DNA from: an uncultured Poribacteria bacterium
Lineage (GTDB): Bacteria; Poribacteria; WGA-4E; WGA-3G
NCBI GenBank assembly: GCA_958296135.2
Contig: CATQHZ020000001.1
Location: 928,001 to 992,000, forward strand
Reading direction: 5' to 3'
Length of the DNA: 64,000 nucleotides
The notes under the pieces were generated by a model. That model did not search any database. It was not told where the DNA came from and worked only from the letters and a program-made list of their open reading frames with translations. Below, piece after piece: positions 19,287-28,991 of the stretch; position 1 is the first letter of the stretch, and every line of letters begins with the position of its first letter. The position numbers and the translations under genes are program-made.

Positions 19287-20474
19287 ATGCTCGCATTATC
19301 ACAACGCAGCCAAGACGTGACACCCTCGTCCACGTTGGCGATTACCGCGAAAATTAACGCCATGATAGCTGATGGCATTGATGTCGTCAAATTCGGTGCA
19401 GGTGAGCCGGATTTTGACACACCGGACTATATCAAAGCCGCTGCTATCGCCGCGCTTGACGCGGGACTCACCAAATACACGCCGGTTCCCGGCACGCCCG
19501 AACTCCGAGAGGCTGTCGCCGCGAAATACAAACGGGACAACGGCTTGGATTATGCCCCCTCGCAGGTAATCGTCTCTTGTGGCGCGAAGCATACTATCTA
19601 TAACATCCTGCAAGCTATCTGCGACCCGGGCGACGAAGTCATCCTCGCCGCGCCGTATTGGGTGAGTTATCCGGAGCAGATTAAACTTGCCGGGGCTATC
19701 CCGCGCGTGATTGATACCACGTCGGCGCAGAACTTCTGCATGCCGCCGGAACAGATTGAAGCGGCCATCAGTCCCAAGACAAAAGCGGTGCTGATTAACA
19801 GCCCGAGCAATCCTACTGGCACCACCTATGACGTGGAGACGCTCAAGCAGATTGCGGACATCGTCGTCAAACACCAAGTCTATCTCATCTCCGATGAGAT
19901 TTACGAGGCGTTGCTTTACGATGGCGCGACGCATGTGAGCCCCGCATCGTTCAACGAGGAGACAAAGGCGATAACGTTCGTCGTCAATGGGGTGTCTAAG
20001 GCGTATTCGATGACGGGCTGGCGCATTGGGTATACCGCCGGGCCTGAGGATGCGATTCAGGCGATGTCGCGTATCCAATCGCACAGCACGTCAAATCCGA
20101 CTTCTATCGCGCAGAGGGCCGCTGTCGCCGCGTTAACACAGCCGCAGGATGCCGTGGAAGAGATGCGGCAGGCGTTTGAGGAACGCCGCGATGTCATCTG
20201 TCAACGCTTTGATGAGATTGATGGCGTGAGTTACGTCAAACCACAGGGTGCGTTCTATATCTTCCCCGATTTTTCGGCGCACTACGGACGCACGCTTGAT
20301 GGGAAAAAGAGCAAGGGTTCAATGGACATCACCGATTATCTGCTCAATTCGGCAGGCGTTGGGGTTGTACCGGGCGACGGATTCGGCGCGGATAATCACC
20401 TCCGTCTCTCTTTTGCTACGTCGTTGACAGAGATTCATCGCGGGTTGGACCGGATTAAAGCGGCGTTGCAGTAA
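19287..20474 (+). CDS. aspC: Aspartate aminotransferase (PLP-dependent class I/II)
   Basis: GEPDF, NSPSNPTG, SDEIY, SKAYSMTGWRIG; start at ATG 19287 behind AAGGAG. Confidence 0.92.
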   Translation: MLALSQRSQDVTPSSTLAITAKINAMIADGIDVVKFGAGEPDFDTPDYIKAAAIAALDAGLTKYTPVPGTPELREAVAAKYKRDNGLDYAPSQVIVSCGAKHTIYNILQAICDPGDEVILAAPYWVSYPEQIKLAGAIPRVIDTTSAQNFCMPPEQIEAAISPKTKAVLINSPSNPTGTTYDVETLKQIADIVVKHQVYLISDEIYEALLYDGATHVSPASFNEETKAITFVVNGVSKAYSMTGWRIGYTAGPEDAIQAMSRIQSHSTSNPTSIAQRAAVAALTQPQDAVEEMRQAFEERRDVICQRFDEIDGVSYVKPQGAFYIFPDFSAHYGRTLDGKKSKGSMDITDYLLNSAGVGVVPGDGFGADNHLRLSFATSLTEIHRGLDRIKAALQ

Positions 20475-20544
20475 GTAGCCTGGCGAGGGACAGGTTCTCC
20501 CTCGCCCTACGGGGACTCGCGGCACCTCAATAGGAGGCATTATC

Positions 20545-22263
20545 GTGGCACAACAAACGGCACCAAACCTTGTCTTCGTTATTACCGATGACCAGGGTTA
20601 CGGCGACTTGGGATGCACTGGAAACCCTGTTATTCAGACACCGAATCTGGACGCGCTCGCTGAAAATAGCGTGCGGCTGCAGAATCTACACGTCGGCCCT
20701 ACCTGTTCCCCAACGCGCGCCGGCATCATGACTGGGCATTACTGCAACTCCACTGGCGTGTGGCATACCATCGGGGGCCGCTCGCTTCTGCGCAGCGATG
20801 AAGTTACGATGGCGGATATTTTCCGGCGCAACGGCTATAAAACTGGGATGTTCGGCAAATGGCACCTCGGCGATAACTACCCGTTCCGGCCGCACGATAG
20901 AGGGTTTGAAGAGGCACTCTACCACGGCGGCGGGGGTATCAGTCAAACGCCGGATTACTGGGGCAACGACTATTTTGACGATACCTATTTCAGAAACGGT
21001 TCGGAACAGCCTTATGAAGGCTATTGCACGGATGTCTGGTTTCGGGAGGCGATGGCGTTTATTGAACGCAACCGGGAGCGGCCGTTTTTCTGTTATGTGC
21101 CGACGAACGCGCCTCATGGGCCGTTTCGCGTTCCCGATGCCTACAGCGAGGTGTATCGGAGGAGAGGGGTGCCTGCGGAGCGCGCCAATTTCTATGGGAT
21201 GATATCCAACATTGACGATAACATGGCGCGGCTGCGGCACCATCTCCGAGTCTTGGGGCTTGAGGAGGACACGATTCTCATCTTCATGACAGATAACGGT
21301 TCCGCCGCAGGGTGCGATGTGGATAGGCAGCAGTTTGTGCAAGCAGGCTATAACGCGGGCATGCGCGGTAAGAAGGGTTCGCCTTATGAAGGCGGACATC
21401 GCGTGCCGCTTTTCTTGCAGTGGCCCGCGGGCGGGTTCACTGAAGGACGAGACGTGGACGAACTCACCGCCAACATTGACATTCTGCCGACGCTGATAGA
21501 GCTCTGTGGATTGGAAGTGTCCACACCGGCGCGATTCCATGGCACCAGCATCGCGCCGCTTTTGCGGAACGAGAAAGCCGACTGGCAGGAACGGGTGATT
21601 GTCACCGATTCACAGCGCGTTGAGAACCCGATTAAGTGGAAAGACAGCGCGACGATGTCACAGCGGTGGCGGCTCGTCAACGGCACTGAACTTTACGATA
21701 TCCAAGCCGACCCGGGGCAACGGCACGACATCGCTGATGCGCATCCGCAGGTAGTCGCCGAGTTGCGCGAGCATTATGAAGCGTGGTGGGCGTTGGTGTC
21801 GGAGCGGTTTGATGAGGAGTGCGCAATTGTCGTCGGCACGCAGCACGAGCAGGTTGCGTGTTTAACAACGCACGATTGGCACGGCGATGCACAGGCGTGG
21901 AATCAGGGCATGATTCGCCGCGGCATGGAATGCAACGGCTATTTGGCAGTAGATATCCCGGCAGATGGCGAGTATCGGTTTGAGCTCTGCCGCTGGCCGC
22001 ACGAGGAAGGGCGAGCGATTACGGAGGGCATCCCTGGGGAGCGTCTTGATTTGTATCACGGCGGCCGCGCCTTAGATTTGAAGACAGCGCAGATTCGCAT
22101 CGGTAACCAGACCGCGACGCAGAAAATCGCGCCGGATGCGACGGGTGTCGCGTTTACGTTTGACTTGCAAGCCGGGCAGACGCGCCTCCACACGTTGTTT
22201 TCCGACGAGACCGGGGAGTTAGCAATGGGGGCGTATTATGTGTATGTAACGCGTGTGGTTTGA
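20545..22263 (+). CDS. Arylsulfatase
   Basis: DDQGYGD, CSPTR (formylglycine motif), GKWHLG, TDNG, EGGHRVP. Confidence 0.95.
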   Translation: MAQQTAPNLVFVITDDQGYGDLGCTGNPVIQTPNLDALAENSVRLQNLHVGPTCSPTRAGIMTGHYCNSTGVWHTIGGRSLLRSDEVTMADIFRRNGYKTGMFGKWHLGDNYPFRPHDRGFEEALYHGGGGISQTPDYWGNDYFDDTYFRNGSEQPYEGYCTDVWFREAMAFIERNRERPFFCYVPTNAPHGPFRVPDAYSEVYRRRGVPAERANFYGMISNIDDNMARLRHHLRVLGLEEDTILIFMTDNGSAAGCDVDRQQFVQAGYNAGMRGKKGSPYEGGHRVPLFLQWPAGGFTEGRDVDELTANIDILPTLIELCGLEVSTPARFHGTSIAPLLRNEKADWQERVIVTDSQRVENPIKWKDSATMSQRWRLVNGTELYDIQADPGQRHDIADAHPQVVAELREHYEAWWALVSERFDEECAIVVGTQHEQVACLTTHDWHGDAQAWNQGMIRRGMECNGYLAVDIPADGEYRFELCRWPHEEGRAITEGIPGERLDLYHGGRALDLKTAQIRIGNQTATQKIAPDATGVAFTFDLQAGQTRLHTLFSDETGELAMGAYYVYVTRVV

Positions 22264-22308
22264 GAGTCGGGACGGTTAGAAGGGGCTCTCTCGGTGCGAG
22301 GGTTTCGT

Positions 22309-22521
22309 GAGGGACAGTGGACATCTCTGCAGCGAGGCTGCAGAGATGATAGCGTTAAAGGTAGCATGTTTACGCGGGGCGACACACGCACATTTTCTGT
22401 AGACGTGTCCGTATTGACGCGGGGCGACACACGCACGTTTGCTGTAGACGTGTCCGTGTTGACGCGGGGCGACACACGCACGTTTGCTGTAGACGTGTCC
22501 GTGACGGCCCTCGCGCTACGG
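22309..22521 (+). repeat. REP-loop insertion element with three tandem 45-bp units
   Basis: gagggaca[gtggacatctctgcagcgaggctgcagagatg...cgtgac]ggccctcgcgctacgg; units start at 22372, 22417, 22462. Confidence 0.9.
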
Positions 22522-23454
22522 CACTGAAAGGAAAGTGATGAACGCGTCCAGATCGGCGAAAAGCGCGTCGGCTAAATCGCCTACGCGCTTGGCGTTCTTC
22601 TCCGTTTCTTCATAATTGAGTTTCACGGAGTAGATATGCGCGAAGACGTGGCGAAAGCCTAAAAGGTTCTCTAATAGCCCAAGGGTTTCTTGAGAGACGA
22701 GCGGCGGACGTTCCTCGCGTGCTTCTGCCATTCGCTTCAGCAACGCCTTATGCCATTCTGCGCCTTCAGGCATATTCGCATCAAAATAGCGCGCGATTTC
22801 CCGGAAAATGTTCTCCATCCTCATATAGATTTCATAGAGGTATCTGGCAATCTCGATCTCTGCGCCGTGCCTGTATCGCGCAGGTGCTTCTTCGATGTGT
22901 TCTAACGCTTCTCCAATCTGTGCCGCGACGCGTTCTATTTCCGCGTGTTCCGCGGCGATGCGCCGTATCAGTTTTCGGCTATTCACTTCGTAAACGTCTC
23001 CTGCTTCACGTTGAGCGTCTGTCCTATAAATAGGCGCGCCGAACTCTGCGCCTTTTTCAATAGGAACGGCTTGACTTTGAACGCTCTCGCGAAACAGCCC
23101 TTCGCAGCTCTCAAAATCAACCAGATCTACTTTGAACCAACGGCTAATATGCTTGGCTTCTACGACTGCCTTGAGGTATTTGTCCTCCGGTATTCCCCAG
23201 ACAGCGATGTCAATATCCGACCATTTTGAGAACCAGTCCTGTTCCGCTAGCGAACCGAAGATGGCGACGCGCGTGGCCCCGAATTCCTCATAAAGCATTG
23301 CCGCCACGCGGTGTGCTGTCTGCCATGCGCGCTGCAATAACGCCTCATCTACTTTCCTATTGCGGAAGTGTTGGTTGAGACGTTCGCGATATGCAGCGAG
23401 TTCTGCTGGTGGTAAGTCTTTTGCCATGTGATGTGGGGCTGTTGGTTGATGCAT
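22516..23454 (-). CDS. Fused minimal nucleotidyltransferase (MNT) - HEPN RNase
   Basis: FGS-x11-DID MNT motif; HEPN RX4HXY (RHVFAHIY); AGGAGG RBS. Confidence 0.85.
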   Translation of the reverse strand: MHQPTAPHHMAKDLPPAELAAYRERLNQHFRNRKVDEALLQRAWQTAHRVAAMLYEEFGATRVAIFGSLAEQDWFSKWSDIDIAVWGIPEDKYLKAVVEAKHISRWFKVDLVDFESCEGLFRESVQSQAVPIEKGAEFGAPIYRTDAQREAGDVYEVNSRKLIRRIAAEHAEIERVAAQIGEALEHIEEAPARYRHGAEIEIARYLYEIYMRMENIFREIARYFDANMPEGAEWHKALLKRMAEAREERPPLVSQETLGLLENLLGFRHVFAHIYSVKLNYEETEKNAKRVGDLADALFADLDAFITFLSVP

Positions 23455-23487
23455 GTTAGAAACCTCCTTTGCCTCGTTTCGCGAGTG

Positions 23488-24534
23488 TCACTGGGAGATG
23501 TTCGCCATTTCTAATATTCGATCGATTAACGGGCGGTAAGTTGAGTTATGCAAATGTTCTTTATACCATTCCGCATAAGTTTCTTCTGCTAGGTGTTCTT
23601 GAATCAACCGGTTTTCCTCCAGCAACGTCCATAGGTTGTGGGTAGCGCGGTTGCAAAACCCATGCATACGGTTAGCTTTCAATCCGTCTGTTCCATACTT
23701 TTGACAAGCGGGACAGGGACATTTCCTTAATTTCTCCCATTCTTGTGGAGATGGTTCGCGCACCCTCCAATTACCGAACTGCGCCACAGTCCGATCTCCA
23801 ATTCCCGGTAATTGCACGAGTCCCCGAGCCGCCCGAACGCGCCATCCGGCTGAATCGACTGAGTCTACTCCTAACAACGCGGCTAAGTGCAATGTCGCTG
23901 TTCCGCCGATGCCAAAGACGTGCAATTGCCGATTTTCCAATTTGACACGAACCTGACGCACTTTGTCAAGGACATCTCCGTATGACATAGCCTTCGGTGC
24001 ACGCAGAAGGTTGGGGACAATCCCACCAATGGCACAGACAGTTTTTTTTCGGAGCTGTTCATTTGCTTCAAACTGGCGAAGATATTCGTCCAAGCAACGA
24101 CTGATATGTAAAATCGGGACGTACCCATCGTGACAATAGGCCTGGTTGACACGCATCGTCCGTTGGAGACAATCAAGTTGTTCATCGTCACTCATACGCG
24201 GTGTCGGGATATAGTCTTGAGGAATTGCGTACCAGTCAGGACGGGCCTGCTCCACGAATTCTTCATAATCTTGACGTGGCACTTCCTCTCCAGACCGTGA
24301 AAATCTGAATGCCCCGTTATCCAAGTAAATTTTGACATCCGCCGGAACATTAAGACAGGTGTGCAGCCCTTCCTCCATGGCTTGATAGCGGCGAGCAGGA
24401 CTTCGATGGAAATCCGCGTAGGAGACCATTACTGCTCGCAAATGAGGTAAATGATAATCGGAATCAGCCTCCCACACCTCCGGTTTGATATTGACGAGGT
24501 TCAGGCCCGCGACGATTTTCATCTTTAATTCCAC
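23488..24534 (-). CDS. tRNA-guanine transglycosylase-like (DpdA/TGT family) protein
   Basis: LDNGAF (cf. DSGGF), HVFG, DSVDSAGW, Zn site CPCPAC...HN; start is GTG 24534 or ATG 24522. Confidence 0.8.
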   Translation of the reverse strand: MELKMKIVAGLNLVNIKPEVWEADSDYHLPHLRAVMVSYADFHRSPARRYQAMEEGLHTCLNVPADVKIYLDNGAFRFSRSGEEVPRQDYEEFVEQARPDWYAIPQDYIPTPRMSDDEQLDCLQRTMRVNQAYCHDGYVPILHISRCLDEYLRQFEANEQLRKKTVCAIGGIVPNLLRAPKAMSYGDVLDKVRQVRVKLENRQLHVFGIGGTATLHLAALLGVDSVDSAGWRVRAARGLVQLPGIGDRTVAQFGNWRVREPSPQEWEKLRKCPCPACQKYGTDGLKANRMHGFCNRATHNLWTLLEENRLIQEHLAEETYAEWYKEHLHNSTYRPLIDRILEMANISQ

Positions 24535-26033
24535 CGTGCCTTTCGTCGAAAACGTGCTGTAATCTTCTGTCCAATCTCAGTGGCAATCTGTTTTCCTGCT
24601 TGTTTGGAGAGGTCGTGTGCCAGTTGCGTCACGGTAGGTATCAGGTACCTTACAGGTTCAACTGCCATGAAGGAGTGATCCCTATCAATCATCAGACCGC
24701 AGGTCTGCAAAGAGGATAGAATCTTCTGCACGATTTCTTGCGGCTTGCCAAGAGAATCAGTGTAGAAAAACTCATAGCGCGGAAGTTGCTGTTGAGGGTT
24801 TTTGGAATGCCCGATGAAGAACATGTAGACGTGAGCAATTTCACACAACTTTTGGTACCGGGCAATATCTACTTCTGGATACTGATCTTGATAGGTGCTG
24901 AAGTAAGTGTCAAGGTTATCAAGATCTGCTCTAACGTTCAAATTCGCTCTTGTCGTGAATGAACGACGGATAAGGCAGGTAGTCACAGTTTGTTCCAAGT
25001 TGCCGCCTACGAACGACGGTAACGCCAACAGCATACTCATGGCTTGCCCGTCGCTGAGGGCGTAATTACCAAAATGCCAATTCGGATCAACATGTTTCGC
25101 GATGTACCAATCAACGACTGCACTGTAGACGTTCAGTTCGACTTTCTTGGAAACACCGCAGTAAATCACATTAATGGCCCCTGAAAGAATCAGGCAATTG
25201 AGCAGTTCAAGGATTGCTTCACGGGTGAAATCGCCCCGCGGGTTATCAGTTTCAGCGAAGTTGTGTAGGTAGGCATCCTGGGGGAACAGACTTCCATCTC
25301 TGAAGATGATGTCGGGTTTCTGTCTGTTTGCCTTCAGCAAGTAGTTAAGGTCAAATTTATACTGCCCAACATCCATTGCTGAAGTTAAACACCTTTCATA
25401 ATCTTCACGTTCAAGTTCATCTTGATAGGATGGATCAATCAACATCCACCGCAGTAATTCCTCATCGGGTCTTGGGTTAAATATCTTGTCAAATTTTACA
25501 CGACCGTCCTGCTCCATGCGTAGTACCCCCGCCGCGTTGTTGAGGACGAACGGAGCATGACGCTTGAAGAAACGCCCCGGAAAAGGAACGGCACTATGAT
25601 GCTGACTTACATCAGAAGCCCCGATGATAGGAACACGTCTGTCCCAAATAGTCTCGTCAACCGTGATTGGGTTGAGGAAGTACTCACCAACGATGTGAGC
25701 ATCAAGGTGTTGTTTCACAGCTTCCTCATCAAGATTGACCCGCCATCGCGCTTCGCTTTCGGTTGGCGGCTTAATCGTGACGTGTTTCTTGCTCATCCCA
25801 AATCCGCGAATTGCAACCCTTCTTAGTAAGCTGGCTAGCACTTCTGACCTGGATGAGTTTTGCTCAATCTGATGTTTGAGGTCGATAATAAAGTCACGGT
25901 AAAGTTCACGTGGATTGATTTGTTGCAAGGCTTCATGGGCTTTCTGAAGCGTCGTATCCCAATCCTTCTCAATTTCCACGGATCGCTCCATGTAAAGGGC
26001 TGTTGTTGCGACTGGATCGTGGCTACGCATCAT
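24525..26033 (-). CDS. nurA: NurA-family 5'-3' nuclease
   Basis: 'GASDVS', 'RDGSL', 'GVSK', 'P..TQLAHDLS' match NurA motifs; AAGGAGG RBS; overlaps the herA stop. Confidence 0.72.
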   Translation of the reverse strand: MMRSHDPVATTALYMERSVEIEKDWDTTLQKAHEALQQINPRELYRDFIIDLKHQIEQNSSRSEVLASLLRRVAIRGFGMSKKHVTIKPPTESEARWRVNLDEEAVKQHLDAHIVGEYFLNPITVDETIWDRRVPIIGASDVSQHHSAVPFPGRFFKRHAPFVLNNAAGVLRMEQDGRVKFDKIFNPRPDEELLRWMLIDPSYQDELEREDYERCLTSAMDVGQYKFDLNYLLKANRQKPDIIFRDGSLFPQDAYLHNFAETDNPRGDFTREAILELLNCLILSGAINVIYCGVSKKVELNVYSAVVDWYIAKHVDPNWHFGNYALSDGQAMSMLLALPSFVGGNLEQTVTTCLIRRSFTTRANLNVRADLDNLDTYFSTYQDQYPEVDIARYQKLCEIAHVYMFFIGHSKNPQQQLPRYEFFYTDSLGKPQEIVQKILSSLQTCGLMIDRDHSFMAVEPVRYLIPTVTQLAHDLSKQAGKQIATEIGQKITARFRRKARWN

Positions 26034-27558
26034 CGGTTGGTCCTCCTTGTTTCGATTTGTTGATTTCGTCAAGCCATTTCTCTTCCATTTCCTCGAAAAT
26101 TTTCGGTGTTTGGCCACCCTCGGAATCTTTCGTTTCCCGTTCTCGGATTTTTACGGGAATGGCGTGTCTCACACTCTCATAAGTTCCAGAAAGCAGACAC
26201 GTTCCTTGAGGCATCTTCGGCAAAGCATTCAACATCTCCGCTGATGCGTCCGATCGCACACCACGAATGGCATCCAACTGATCCGGTTCCAACGCAAAAA
26301 CTAACCTTGTGTTACATTGGCGAATTGTTCGCTTGTCAATGTCAACCGGACTTTGTGTCATGAGAACCATAGCGATTCCATGATGCCGCCCGATACGAAC
26401 CCCTTCTCGGATAATCTGTTTGCAGGCACTGCCTTCTCCCTCGGGAACAAATAAATGTGCTTCGTCTATCACGGCTACGTAAGGAGGAATATGGCTGTGA
26501 AGCCGCAGCGTCTGAAGTTCACGCAAAACTGCTATCGCAATGATTTGCAGTTGTGTCGTCGTCAAACGTTTACAGTTGATCGCCATGCAGGGATACATGT
26601 TCTGCCGCCAGGCTGCATTGTCGATGCCATCGCCGAAGATTTTGTTTTCCTTAAGAGCACCTGTTCGAGCAACAGCCATTTTGAGACTGCGCTTGTCTGT
26701 TTGCAATTGTTCTTTAGCATCTTCCATTTGATTTAACAAATCATCAATTGAAAATTTAGCAAAATCTTCGGATGCAGATTTGCTCTGCAATCCGCGAAAT
26801 GCCAAACTTACAATATCTTTCTGCAAATCAGTCATTCCGGATGGAAGGAGATCTAATAATTCAGACTCCGCCAAAGTGGAGATTCGGATGCTGAAATCAA
26901 CGCCCGGTTCGACAACTTTCCCGCCTAGTTTTTTAACTAACGCAGAATATTCATCCTGTGTGTCAATAAAGACAACGGGCAAGTGATGTTTCACAAGTTC
27001 TTCGGCAATGACACCCATTGCATAACTCTTCCCACTCCCCGTTGTCCCGCAGAGAAAGAGATGCCGCTGAATGGCCTCACGCTTGAGAATAATTTCGGTT
27101 GTGGCCCCTGCAACCGTTTCGCCAATTCTCAGGCCTTGTGTTGTGGTTTTAACCAGACCGAGTGTTTGCACAATTTCGTCATCGTTAGCAATAAACACCT
27201 CTGCCCCGGATTGGGGCAGCGTTTGCGGTGGTTGCATAGTCTGCCCGATGATCTCGTCAATCAATTCGGCTTCAGCGAGACGGTAGATAGTTGTGCTATC
27301 TTCTTCGGCCGGATAGGTTCTCTGCATCTCCATCTTATCCCGAACATTGATGTCTTCAGCACCTTCGTTGGGATTATGCTCATAGGCACTATGGATTCGA
27401 CCTATGAGCGCACTTTTGGTGTTGTTCCGGAATGCAGGAACCCGGACAAGGGTTCCCGGTTTGACATCTTGCCCGGTCTTCAATTTAATCCGGACCTTTT
27501 CAAACGTTGGAGTTTCCTCATCCGAAATAACTGTGCCAATTGAATCTGTATTGGACAT
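26023..27558 (-). CDS. herA: HerA/FtsK-family ATPase with N-terminal HAS barrel
   Basis: GTTGSGKS, 'VIDEAH', 'GRHHG', 'TQSP'; N-terminal beta barrel 'IGTV..GTLV..IGRI'. Confidence 0.88.
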   Translation of the reverse strand: MSNTDSIGTVISDEETPTFEKVRIKLKTGQDVKPGTLVRVPAFRNNTKSALIGRIHSAYEHNPNEGAEDINVRDKMEMQRTYPAEEDSTTIYRLAEAELIDEIIGQTMQPPQTLPQSGAEVFIANDDEIVQTLGLVKTTTQGLRIGETVAGATTEIILKREAIQRHLFLCGTTGSGKSYAMGVIAEELVKHHLPVVFIDTQDEYSALVKKLGGKVVEPGVDFSIRISTLAESELLDLLPSGMTDLQKDIVSLAFRGLQSKSASEDFAKFSIDDLLNQMEDAKEQLQTDKRSLKMAVARTGALKENKIFGDGIDNAAWRQNMYPCMAINCKRLTTTQLQIIAIAVLRELQTLRLHSHIPPYVAVIDEAHLFVPEGEGSACKQIIREGVRIGRHHGIAMVLMTQSPVDIDKRTIRQCNTRLVFALEPDQLDAIRGVRSDASAEMLNALPKMPQGTCLLSGTYESVRHAIPVKIRERETKDSEGGQTPKIFEEMEEKWLDEINKSKQGGPTDDA

Positions 27559-27889
27559 TATGACCTTCCTATCATGCAGCACATTGACCTAATGAACGAA
27601 CTCTTAGGAATTGCTGTGCTGCATCGCTAATTTCCGCCCTGCAAGTTGACTGCCTCCGTATCTGAGTTGCAGGTATTGACGCGCGTCAAAACTACGCGTA
27701 ATGCTTGACTAAACCCGATGCGATGTGCGCGGCTACGCGCCTAAGCGGGGCCGGGGGCCGAAACGTCGCCGACCGAAGTCCACGAACCCGCGTCTTTTGC
27801 ATGCACAACGCACTTAACCTAATGACATCACAACGCTACCAAACAGACGCTGTTGGCAGTCGGCGTTGAATGCCGTTGCTGATACGAAA

Positions 27890-27918
27890 AGTTTAACACA
27901 AAATCGTTCTGATGTCAA
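27890..27918 (-). promoter_or_regulatory. Sigma70 promoter upstream of the herA operon
   Basis: Minus strand TTGACA-17 bp-TAAACT. Confidence 0.65.
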
Positions 27919-28004
27919 ACTTTTTTTGTGCGAAATAGGATGTGTGAACCCTCCTTCATTAATTCTAACACCTTTCGTTCGTTTTTGCAAATTAAAATTC
28001 GCAA

Positions 28005-28919
28005 CTACGAAAAATTGGCGGCATACTCAGTGGCGAACGCATCCGCAAACGCATGGTTCAGCCGGATCGCCTCGCCTAAATCTACTAACGCCTTCTCATA
28101 GTCGCCTTTTTTGTAGTGGACGATGCCGCGTTCGTAGTAGACATGCGCATAGTCATACTCCAATTGAATCGCACGATCGAAGTCGGCAAGTGCCTTGTCA
28201 TATTCCCCAAGGTGCCGATAGGCAATGCCTCTTTGGCAGTAGATAACCGAATCTTCGGGACCAAGGCGGACGGCTTCATTAAAGTCTGTAATCGCTTTGT
28301 CATACTCGCGTTTTTCGGTGTAGACATGCCCGCGGTTGAGGTAAGCGAGGAAATACCCGGGTTTAATCCGAATGGCTTCGTTGTAGTCTGCGATGGCCTT
28401 GTCATGCTCGCCCATGTGTCGGTGGGCGGAGCCGCGGTTGCGGTAGGCGAGCGCGTATTCCGGATTGAGTTCAATGGCTTTCGTGTAATCGGCGATGGCT
28501 TGCTCGAGTTCTTCTTTGCGTCTGTAAGCGTAGCCGCGGTTGCAGTAAGCCATAGCATATTGCGCATCGATGCGGATTGCTTCGTTGTAGTCTGCGATAG
28601 CCCGGTCATAGTCGCCTTTTTCGTCGTAGGCGAACCCCCTGTCGCAGTAGGCGGTGGCGTATTGCGCGTCGATGCGTATTGCTTCGTTGTAGTCTGCGAT
28701 AGCCCGGTCATACTTTTCTTTGTTGCTGTAAGCGTAGCCGCGGTTGCGGTAGGTTTTGGCATCCCCCGGGTCAATTTTGATGGCTTTGCTGTAGTCTACG
28801 ATAGCTTTGTCAAATTCTTGTAGGTATCGGTAGACATCCCCCCGGTCGCGATACGCCTCGGCGTTTCGTGGGTTTAGTCGGATTTTTCGGTTCAATTCAT
28901 CGATATATCGATTGTTCAT
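28005..28919 (-). CDS. Tetratricopeptide repeat protein
   Basis: About 8 tandem 34-aa repeats 'AY.NRG.AY...YD.AIADY..AI.I.P'. Confidence 0.95.
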   Translation of the reverse strand: MNNRYIDELNRKIRLNPRNAEAYRDRGDVYRYLQEFDKAIVDYSKAIKIDPGDAKTYRNRGYAYSNKEKYDRAIADYNEAIRIDAQYATAYCDRGFAYDEKGDYDRAIADYNEAIRIDAQYAMAYCNRGYAYRRKEELEQAIADYTKAIELNPEYALAYRNRGSAHRHMGEHDKAIADYNEAIRIKPGYFLAYLNRGHVYTEKREYDKAITDFNEAVRLGPEDSVIYCQRGIAYRHLGEYDKALADFDRAIQLEYDYAHVYYERGIVHYKKGDYEKALVDLGEAIRLNHAFADAFATEYAANFS

Positions 28920-28991
28920 ACGCTGCTCCGTTATTGGGGTAGGCGCGGTTTGTTGCCGCGCCTACCGCGAGTGTCTCTACGTCAATGCAGA

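Noticed and set aside
22367-22505. Possible CRISPR array (45-bp periodicity)
   Set aside because: Units are contiguous near-identical tandem repeats with no unique spacers; no cas genes; the same unit occurs in dispersed REP-associated elements
23488-24534. Housekeeping queuine tRNA-ribosyltransferase (tgt)
   Set aside because: Lacks the canonical N-terminal TPxFMPVGT and DSGGFQ context; lies in an AT-richer operon with herA/nurA
27580-27830. Integron attC sites
   Set aside because: cctaat/attagg boxes only loosely resemble RYYYAAC/GTTRRRY; no integrase or cassette array
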